A stretch of 64,000 bases of DNA from the NCBI GenBank assembly GCA_017403085.1, contig JAFQOQ010000001.1:295-64294 (forward strand). Reading direction: 5' to 3'. The position numbers and the translations under genes were made by a program. Source of the DNA: Alphaproteobacteria bacterium. GTDB lineage: Bacteria; Pseudomonadota; Alphaproteobacteria; Rs-D84. The notes under the pieces are model-generated. The model was not told where the DNA came from. It saw only the letters and a program-made list of their open reading frames with translations, and did not search any database. This document shows positions 57,049 to 64,000 of the stretch, piece after piece; position 1 is the stretch's first letter, and each line of letters starts with the position of its first letter.

Positions 57049-57390
57049 TTATGCAGCCATTGCAACGCGGTCGGCATCGGACGCGCTGGCGTCTGCGGCG
57101 TCCATAATCTTTTTAGCTTCTGCGAATACCATTTCTTTTACGCGCAATGCCAATGTTTTTGTATCCAGGCTTTCTGCTGCGACGTCAAAGTTATCTGTAC
57201 GAATCTGCAAAGACACATATGCGCCAACCAATGATGTACGCGACAAATCTTCGATTGTGCGTGGCGCATTGTTTTGTCCGATTTGTAATTCATCAGACAG
57301 CGATATAATCTGGCGATCTTCATTTACCCAAACAGTAGTTGTCAGGACTTTGTTCAGGGCAATCATAATTTCTTTTATATTTTTTGGCAT
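57049..57390 (-). CDS. hypothetical protein (113 aa)
   Basis: Strong SD AAAGGAGGGAA upstream of the ATG, balanced composition and a downstream terminator. Preferred over the overlapping plus-strand 180-aa ORF. Confidence 0.6.
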   Translation of the reverse strand: MPKNIKEIMIALNKVLTTTVWVNEDRQIISLSDELQIGQNNAPRTIEDLSRTSLVGAYVSLQIRTDNFDVAAESLDTKTLALRVKEMVFAEAKKIMDAADASASDADRVAMAA

Positions 57391-57653
57391 GCGCGGTTCC
57401 CTCCTTTCTGGGCTTTTTGTTATAATTTTATCTATTTTTTCTGTAAATACGTTGGTATTTACAAAATCATATAGGTAAAATATGTTTTGTTTTTTGTTTG
57501 TCCCAGAAATCCGGCAATTCCGCAGGAAACTGGGCTTTTTTATTCTTTCTTCCTTGTCTATACAAACATCTTAGAACAAAAACGAATCGCAGGTCAAGCA
57601 CAAAATGTATTTATTTTAAATTTATTTAAATTTTTTTAAGTTTTACTTTTAAA

Positions 57654-57717
57654 ACCATAAAATACCATAAAATAATTATAAAATGTCATTGACAACCATA
57701 AAATGCCGTGCTAATCT
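57654..57717 (+). promoter_or_regulatory. mraZ promoter region with 10-bp-phased direct repeats (candidate MraZ boxes)
   Basis: ACCATAAAAT at 57654-57663, 57664-57673 and 57695-57704, plus a degenerate ATTATAAAAT at 57675-57684. TTGACA (57689-57694), 17-nt spacer, TAATCT (57712-57717). Confidence 0.45.
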
Positions 57718-57778
57718 GACCGTGAAGCAGGAAAGGGAACACCGGGACGCATGTCCCAAATAGCATAAGAATGTAAAA

Positions 57779-58228
57779 ATGTCATTGTTTCTCTCATCTT
57801 ATGAAAATCGTTTGGATACCAAGGGGCGCGTATCTGTTCCGGCCTCTTTCCGGGCTTCGGTTGCGGCCGAAGATTTTGCTGGCGTTGTTTTGTATCGTTC
57901 TTTTACAAACAATTGCATCGAAGGTTTATCGATGTCCCGTATGGAAAAAATGGCGGCTGCGACCGACAAAATGGGTGTCTTTGACAGTGAATTAGATGAT
58001 TTATCTGCCATGCTGTTTGCGGATGCGCGTCAATTGGCGTTTGACGTGACGGGGCGTATTGTTATCCCGTCTGATTTATTGGCGCATGCAGGTATCACAG
58101 ATACTGCGGTATTTGTTGGTCGTGGGAACAGTTTTCAAATATGGAATCCTGATGCGTTTCGTGCAGCCCAGGAAAAATCACTGCAGAATTTACGTGCCGC
58201 CCGTCCAAATTTAAAAATAGGTGACTAA
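57779..58228 (+). CDS. mraZ: transcriptional regulator MraZ
   Basis: 149 aa with two SpoVT/AbrB-like halves (RLDTKGRVSVPASFR and FDVTGRIVIPSDL). Confidence 0.92.
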   Translation: MSLFLSSYENRLDTKGRVSVPASFRASVAAEDFAGVVLYRSFTNNCIEGLSMSRMEKMAAATDKMGVFDSELDDLSAMLFADARQLAFDVTGRIVIPSDLLAHAGITDTAVFVGRGNSFQIWNPDAFRAAQEKSLQNLRAARPNLKIGD

Positions 58229-58251
58229 TCGCCAAATCAGTTTCTTTCTTG

Positions 58252-58288
58252 TCTAAAAAAAAACGCGCAATGCGCGTTTTTTTTTTAT
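58252..58288. terminator. bidirectional terminator between mraZ and the 751-aa gene
   Basis: A9-CGCG-caatg-CGCG-T10 (AAACGCG/CGCGTTT stem) between convergent stop codons. Confidence 0.7.
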
Positions 58289-58325
58289 TGTTATTACACA
58301 AATTTTACCACTCTTTGTCTTTTCT

Positions 58326-60581
58326 TCACTCTGTTGTGCCTGGTTGCTCTTCTTGCTCGCAGGTGTTTTCATCTTTATTCACTGTGTATCCTTCTTTGCA
58401 TTCTTCTATAATGCATTCATTAGAGCCAAGTGTTTTGAATGCATACTCGGCGTTCGCTGGCACTTCATCGCCGGTACAAACTATCTGTCTTGTCTCTGCT
58501 TCCAGATTTAATGCATTGTTCAGCCATTTTCGCAGGGTCTCTGCGTCTGAATTTGGTTTTATGTCATCGTTGCCTATTACCGATGCACATGTCAGTATTT
58601 CTGATTTGCACGCGTTAATCGTGACGTCGTTTAGTACGTTGTTGGCACTGCTGCTATAAGAATACGAATATGTATTTTCAGACAGGCACGAAGAAACGTC
58701 TTGCAGACAGTTTTCCGCATAGTCTGCCAGTTTTTCATCTTGTGCGGATTTAATCTGAATCAACGTACGTCTCAGATAATTTTTGATGACTTCGTTATTA
58801 TCTGCGTATTGCTTTTTGCTGCCCGAACCCGCGGTATATGTATAATCCTGGCACTTGTTCAATATATGCGCGCACATCCCAATTGGTTTTGCCGTCTTGT
58901 TATCAATTGTGCCAATTTTTGCCTGTAAATATTTGGCCATATTGCTGGACGAAACATCGTTATCACCCAAAGATGCGTCAATGTAACCATCGACGGTGGC
59001 GTCACTGGCCCATGCGTTTGTCTGGCCAGTTTCACCAGTTTTTGTGTAGTTCCATGTCGCATACAGGCCGCTCATTTCTGTAGAATTCGTACTGGTGCTG
59101 CCGCCCGATACGCCTGGTTGGCTACCGATAACAATTTCGTTATTTACAATGTATCTGCCGCTCGGATCTAAACAGTTTTCATAGTCTGCGCCGCATACGA
59201 AATCGTCTTGCATACATGAATCCAATGCATTTACGCATCCGCGCAAATCGTATGCGTTTTTCTGTTGGGCGACCATCAAACGTGCCTTTTGCAGAACGCT
59301 TTTCGCGTTACGCACCGTGCTGGCCATTTCGTCGTTTGTTTCGGTTAAATTACGTTCATATACCAAACACTGCTTATCAATTTCCAAATCGTATGCATTT
59401 GTGATAATGGAAATATCGACCCCTTGCGCCTGGCAGTCATTTAATACCGATGCCTTGCAACGTGCCGTTGCCGTCTTGTACAGTTGTTCGCCACGTTGGT
59501 TGCTGATGCTGGCCGTGGTGCCTGTATTTCCCATAATTGATGACAGGTCAAACCCACTGCTGCTAATGCTAAAGTCCAGCAATCCGGACAAATCCATATT
59601 GATTCCATTGTCTGTTGATGATGCGCTGCCACTCTTAACATCAACAATCAGTCCCTTGATTTTATCCAAATCATTTTTCAGCTGTGTGTTATCATTTGTG
59701 CCTTGCATTGCGGCTTCTGCTTCGGTCTGGGTGAATAACGTTTCGATTTCATCCGATGTCAGCCCGATATATTGAATCTTTTGTGCAACATCCTGCAGGT
59801 CGGCCGTCGCTTGCTTTAATGCGATTTCTGTCTTTTCATAATTTTTCAAGTTCTTAGAACAACTGCAACGTCCCTGGTTATCATCCAGTACATCGCAATA
59901 GTTATCCATACACTGTGTATATTGCGCCTTGCAGAAATCTGTGATTTGTGCCAATTCGTCAATTGCGGCGGCTGTATCTGCCACAGTTGTGGCGTCTTCG
60001 GTCGCTGATGACGACGAAGAAATCGTTGGAACGCGCGAACGGACAGATGCCGATGAACGTACGCTGGCACGCGCGTTCATTGGATTACCAGAATACAAAG
60101 ATTCTGTTGTCGTGTTTGTTGTTGTGATTGCTGCGCGTGAAACAACGTTTCCTGTATTTTTTTGCATGTTACGACGCGTTGTTGCGATTTGTGCTGCGCC
60201 ACTGGCACGTGCTGCGCGTGTTGTTGTGCCACGACCAGACGCCACCGCCACAGGTGTCGCACTGCGTGTTGCATTAACTGTATTTGTTGTGCGTGTTGTC
60301 GATGCGGTACGTGTTGTCTTGCCACGTGTTGTCACGTTTGTTGCGCCACTTGGCATAACGCGTGACGCGACGCGCCCAGATGCACTTGCCCCACGTGGAT
60401 TTACTGCCTTTTGTGCGACCGTCGGCAACACAACTGTTGTTTCTTCTTCGGCTGCGACTTCTTCTTCGGCAGGCAATTCTGTGTCAGAATATTCAACCAA
60501 ATCGTCGTAATATACCGGCGCAATCTCAGCAAATGCGGGTAATACCAGCAACGAACTTAACACAGCAATAAATCTTTTCAT
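58326..60581 (-). CDS. secreted hypothetical protein with Thr/Arg-rich tract and Cys-rich domains (751 aa)
   Basis: Signal peptide MKRFIAVLSSLLVLPAFAE, an acidic stretch, a TTR-type low-complexity region (about aa 60-200), then many paired Cys (CKAQYTQCMDNYCDVLDDNQGRCSC). Confidence 0.85.
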   Translation of the reverse strand: MKRFIAVLSSLLVLPAFAEIAPVYYDDLVEYSDTELPAEEEVAAEEETTVVLPTVAQKAVNPRGASASGRVASRVMPSGATNVTTRGKTTRTASTTRTTNTVNATRSATPVAVASGRGTTTRAARASGAAQIATTRRNMQKNTGNVVSRAAITTTNTTTESLYSGNPMNARASVRSSASVRSRVPTISSSSSATEDATTVADTAAAIDELAQITDFCKAQYTQCMDNYCDVLDDNQGRCSCSKNLKNYEKTEIALKQATADLQDVAQKIQYIGLTSDEIETLFTQTEAEAAMQGTNDNTQLKNDLDKIKGLIVDVKSGSASSTDNGINMDLSGLLDFSISSSGFDLSSIMGNTGTTASISNQRGEQLYKTATARCKASVLNDCQAQGVDISIITNAYDLEIDKQCLVYERNLTETNDEMASTVRNAKSVLQKARLMVAQQKNAYDLRGCVNALDSCMQDDFVCGADYENCLDPSGRYIVNNEIVIGSQPGVSGGSTSTNSTEMSGLYATWNYTKTGETGQTNAWASDATVDGYIDASLGDNDVSSSNMAKYLQAKIGTIDNKTAKPIGMCAHILNKCQDYTYTAGSGSKKQYADNNEVIKNYLRRTLIQIKSAQDEKLADYAENCLQDVSSCLSENTYSYSYSSSANNVLNDVTINACKSEILTCASVIGNDDIKPNSDAETLRKWLNNALNLEAETRQIVCTGDEVPANAEYAFKTLGSNECIIEECKEGYTVNKDENTCEQEEQPGTTE

Positions 60582-60663
60582 GGCAAAAACTTCCTTCCTA
60601 TTATGATTTATTTTATCACATTAGCGATTACGTCGCAAATGAAAAATAGCCATAAAACAGAAA

Positions 60664-61689
60664 TTAATTATTTTTTTCGCAAACTTTGACTTGCCACTTC
60701 CATGCATTGCGCAGTGTGTCTGCCAACGGCACATTTGCGCGCCACCCCAGCACTTTGTTTGCCAGTGTTGCATCTGCCCAAATTGCCGGCACGTCACCTG
60801 GGCGACGCGCGGCGATTTTATAGTTTAATTTTACACCGGTCGCATCCTGAAATGTTTTAATCAGTTCCATAACCGAAACCCCGCGTCCTGTTCCCAGATT
60901 AAATATATTCACGCCATTTGCACCACCCAGCATATGTTTTAACGCCGCGACATGGGCGCTGGCCAAATCATTTATGTCGATATAGTCACGAACGCAAAAA
61001 CCATCTGGCGTATCATAGTCGTCTCCAAATACACTAAGCACCTCGCGAATTCCTGCCGCAGTTTGCGTCAGATATGGCAACAGATTATTCGGCGTCCCCA
61101 GTGGTAATTCACCAATTTCTGCAGACGGATGTGCGCCAACTGGGTTGAAATACCGCAACAGTGTTGCGCGCATGTTTGGATTTGCGCGTACCGCATCACT
61201 GATTATATTTTCACCCATAACCTTGGTCTGGCCATACGGACTGGTTGCGGGTTTCAGTGGTGTTTCTTCGGTGACGGGCAGTACATCTGGCACGCCATAT
61301 ACGGTTGCCGACGAAGAAAACACGATATTGGCAATCCCATGTTTGTTCATATTGTCCAGAACGTTCATCAGGCCACGTATGTTATTTTGATAATACATCA
61401 GTGGTTTTTCAACGCTTTCACCGACGGCTTTTAGTGCGGCAAAATGAATCACGCCAACGGCATCACTATGTTTTGCAAATGCGTCTGCGATTGCGACATC
61501 ATCGGCACAATCGACACGTTCTAATTCCGGTTTCGTGCCAGTTATCCGTTGAACACCATCCAACGAACTGGGGTCAGAATTGATAAAATTATCAAAAACA
61601 ACCACATCAAAGCCTGCTTTTTGCAGTTCAACAGTTGTATGTGTGCCGATATAGCCTGCGCCACCGGTGACAATAATTTTTTGTGCCAT
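60664..61689 (-). CDS. galE: UDP-glucose 4-epimerase
   Basis: The ATG at 61689 (MAQKIIVTGGAGYIGTH) is preferred over 61728. YGQTK catalytic motif. Confidence 0.95.
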   Translation of the reverse strand: MAQKIIVTGGAGYIGTHTTVELQKAGFDVVVFDNFINSDPSSLDGVQRITGTKPELERVDCADDVAIADAFAKHSDAVGVIHFAALKAVGESVEKPLMYYQNNIRGLMNVLDNMNKHGIANIVFSSSATVYGVPDVLPVTEETPLKPATSPYGQTKVMGENIISDAVRANPNMRATLLRYFNPVGAHPSAEIGELPLGTPNNLLPYLTQTAAGIREVLSVFGDDYDTPDGFCVRDYIDINDLASAHVAALKHMLGGANGVNIFNLGTGRGVSVMELIKTFQDATGVKLNYKIAARRPGDVPAIWADATLANKVLGWRANVPLADTLRNAWKWQVKVCEKNN

Positions 61690-61805
61690 AAATTCTCCTT
61701 TTCTACGATTATATCTACCGTGCGCCATAATGCAAAGGCAAAAAATCCTAAATAGTTAAAAAACATAACGAATTTGTCTTGCAGGCATGATAACTTTCTA
61801 ATATA

Positions 61806-63422
61806 ATGCGCAAATCAACAAAGGTGTTTAAATTGAATATCTTAAAGAAAGTAGCGGTGTGGATTTTTACGTTACCATTGGTGGGCTGTACAACGGTGCC
61901 AACGACGACGCGTGACCCGCGTTTGGCGGATTACAGTGCGAAAATAACATCTGCTGATTTCAATTATGATCCATATGAAACACCAATTGCCCAATGCTAT
62001 GCGGCTGAATTATCTGCATCCCCAGACACATCTGGCGCCACGTTAATCGAGGACGGCTTATCCGCATTTGTTATCCGTGCGGCATTTGCGCGTATGGCGA
62101 CCAAGACAATTGATTTGCAGACCTATATCTACAGTAATGATTTTACATCCAAGGTTTTAATTGGCGAATTAAAACACGCCGCCGATCGCGGGGTCAAGGT
62201 CAGGATTTTATTAGATGACTATGGCACAAAATCAGATATTGTTGATGTTATGCTGTTAAACCAACACCCGAATATCGAGGTCAAAGTATTTAATACCGTT
62301 CGCAATCGCAGTAAATTTTTATATTACCCACAATTTTTGATGGATTTTAGTCGTCTAAATTCGCGCATGCATAACAAGTTATTTATTGTTGATAATGTTG
62401 CGTATATTACTGGTGGTCGCAACGTCGGCAGTAATTATTTTTATCCAGAAACCGCGTCTAATTTCTCGGATACAGACGTTTTGTTTTTAGGTGACATGAC
62501 CAAGTTTGCAACCAGCAGTTTTAATGAATATTGGAATCATCATTTATCGATACCGGCATCTGTATTTCCAAATTCTTCATCCAAGAAAGCGCTGCGCAAA
62601 TTAGAACGTGATTTTGCAGAAATAGAACAGAAAAGCGCGGACGCAATCAGCAAATACAATCGAATAATAAACTTGGCCCAACATGAATTCCGGCACAAAA
62701 AATTAGATTTCAGTTGGGGACGTGGAAAATTCTTGGCTGATCCACCCGAAAAGGTAGAAATGTCAATGGACGAAAAGGAAGCTTATCGTGGTGATATAAT
62801 CCAGGCTTTACAGCATTTGTGGAATAAAACAAATAATTCTGTCTATATGTCTGCGGCATATTTTGTCCCAGGCCAGGGCGGACTGGAACACATGTTGCGC
62901 GAAGAAAATTCTGGTGTTCATATGACAATTGTCACAAATTCTTTGGCATCAACAAATGCGCCAACGGTTTATGCAAAATGGGAAAAATATAGACGTCAAT
63001 TAATTGAATCTGGTGCCGACGTTTATGAATTTATGGTATCTGCTGAAAACCTGCGTGGCAAACAGCATGATCGCGAACGGAAACAGTCCAGTTTTTCTGT
63101 CTTGCATAGTAAAACAATGGTGTTTGATGACGACATATCATGGATTGGCAGTTTTAATTTGGACCCACGCAGCGCGTATTATAACACAGAAAACGTTGCT
63201 ATTTTCGAAAGTCGCGATTTCGCAACAAAATTGCGTGACATGATATTAAAAGATACTAAAACGTCATGGCATGTCACACTGGACAAAGACGGCGATCCGG
63301 TTTGGACCGGCAGTCGCCCCGGGGATGTCACGCCACAGGTGCATAAAACGGCCCCAGATACCAGTTTGTTCCGTCGATTATGGAAATCGATATGTAATCT
63401 GGTTCCAGAAAAATTTGTTTAA
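61806..63422 (+). CDS. phospholipase D / cardiolipin-synthase-like two-HKD lipoprotein
   Basis: Lipobox LPLVGC. HKD motifs HNKLFIVDN...GGRN and HSKTMVFDD...GSFNLDPRS. Confidence 0.88.
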   Translation: MRKSTKVFKLNILKKVAVWIFTLPLVGCTTVPTTTRDPRLADYSAKITSADFNYDPYETPIAQCYAAELSASPDTSGATLIEDGLSAFVIRAAFARMATKTIDLQTYIYSNDFTSKVLIGELKHAADRGVKVRILLDDYGTKSDIVDVMLLNQHPNIEVKVFNTVRNRSKFLYYPQFLMDFSRLNSRMHNKLFIVDNVAYITGGRNVGSNYFYPETASNFSDTDVLFLGDMTKFATSSFNEYWNHHLSIPASVFPNSSSKKALRKLERDFAEIEQKSADAISKYNRIINLAQHEFRHKKLDFSWGRGKFLADPPEKVEMSMDEKEAYRGDIIQALQHLWNKTNNSVYMSAAYFVPGQGGLEHMLREENSGVHMTIVTNSLASTNAPTVYAKWEKYRRQLIESGADVYEFMVSAENLRGKQHDRERKQSSFSVLHSKTMVFDDDISWIGSFNLDPRSAYYNTENVAIFESRDFATKLRDMILKDTKTSWHVTLDKDGDPVWTGSRPGDVTPQVHKTAPDTSLFRRLWKSICNLVPEKFV

Positions 63423-63448
63423 AAAACGCGCCAATGGCGCGTTTTTTT
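63421..63448. terminator. bidirectional terminator between the PLD gene and guaC
   Basis: A6-CGCGCC-aat-GGCGCG-T7 between convergent stop codons. Confidence 0.75.
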
Positions 63449-64000
63449 ATTTTTCAAATACGGTATTTAATTGCGTATTTACCCGATAAAAAGTAGTGCA
63501 TTTCGATACATCTTTTAATCTGCGTGCGCCGATATATGTCATGTATGAACGCAATCCGCCCAATATATCTTGGTTTAACTTATCGATTGATTCTTTCAGT
63601 GGTATTTCCACAACGCGACCTTCGCTGGCGCGATATGTTGGCATCCCGCAATAGTGTTTATTTTGTGCGTATTCAGACGACATGCCATAGAATACTTTAA
63701 AATGTTTTTCTTCAATTATTGCATTGCCGTCTTCATCGATTTGATTGGTTTTGTATTTCTTGGTGATGATGTCGCCTGTTGCTTCTGGGCATCCTGCATA
63801 GAATCCGCCCATCATAACCATATCTGCGCCGGCGCCAAATGCCTTGCATATATCGCCAATATAAACAACGCCCCCGTCTGAACATATCATGCCACCAACA
63901 CCATGCGCAACATCCGCGCATTCGAATATTGTTGATAATTGCGGACGTCCAACACCGGTCACGCGACGTGTTATACACGCACTGCCACTGCCGATGCCGC
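63447..64000 (-). CDS. guaC: GMP reductase / IMPDH-family protein, C-terminal part (5' end outside the window)
   Basis: The frame is open to the window edge. GSGSACITRRVTGVGRPQLS, ICSDGG, ILGGLRSYMTYIGARRLKD. Confidence 0.8.
   Translation of the reverse strand, partial: GIGSGSACITRRVTGVGRPQLSTIFECADVAHGVGGMICSDGGVVYIGDICKAFGAGADMVMMGGFYAGCPEATGDIITKKYKTNQIDEDGNAIIEEKHFKVFYGMSSEYAQNKHYCGMPTYRASEGRVVEIPLKESIDKLNQDILGGLRSYMTYIGARRLKDVSKCTTFYRVNTQLNTVFEK

Noticed and set aside
56936-57478. 180-aa plus-strand ORF
   Set aside because: It overlaps the minus-strand 113-aa ORF, which has a strong AAAGGAGGG SD, balanced composition and its own terminator. The plus-strand ORF begins inside the plsX terminator and is Ser-rich.
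59929-60510. 193-aa plus-strand ORF, plus several shorter ones nearby
   Set aside because: Antisense to the Thr/Arg-rich tract of the 751-aa gene. The Val/Ala/Arg-rich translation is a low-complexity artefact.

Overview
This 64-kb window is mostly housekeeping genes. It looks like a moderately AT-rich, probably host-associated alphaproteobacterium; that is inference from GapR/DUF2312, alphaproteobacterial-style SPOR tails, GANTC-rich intergenic palindromes and a split VirB8-10 module. Recognisable core genes in order: valS (3' part), acyl-ACP thioesterase, pyrG, comEC, truA, fmt, def, rmuC, rpmH, gyrA, a MerR regulator, a methyltransferase, tRNA-Gln, tRNA-Glu, a HAD phosphatase, pyk, gapR, an RNHCP protein, a MarR-TolC-adaptor-RND efflux operon, a DD-carboxypeptidase with SPOR tail, recR, rsmA, a kefB-like antiporter, lspA, yidC, tRNA-Trp-secE-nusG-rplKAJL-rpoBC, rpmF, plsX, an orphan mraZ, galE, a two-HKD phospholipase D lipoprotein and guaC (partial). 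I saw no rRNA, CRISPR array, transposase or integrase. The parts I cannot assign to known families: (1) Two divergent paralogous two-gene cassettes of secreted proteins (13261-15704 and 20930-25377) share an ATGA start/stop junction, an upstream DNA motif and a duplicated Cys-containing module. One member is an 1171-aa protein with perfect 30-nt tandem repeats. (2) A stand-alone virB8-virB9-virB10 operon carries unusual fusions (VirB9 with a SPOR tail; VirB10 with an N-terminal Ig-like segment and a 12-Cys C-terminal extension) and has no virB11/virD4 downstream. (3) A promoter-to-terminator structured RNA leader (four-way junction with a mutually exclusive pairing) lies upstream of a 64-aa ORF. 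(4) A 751-aa Thr/Arg-rich, Cys-rich secreted protein. All coordinates of small features were derived by hand from the printed sequence. No similarity search or folding computation was run.
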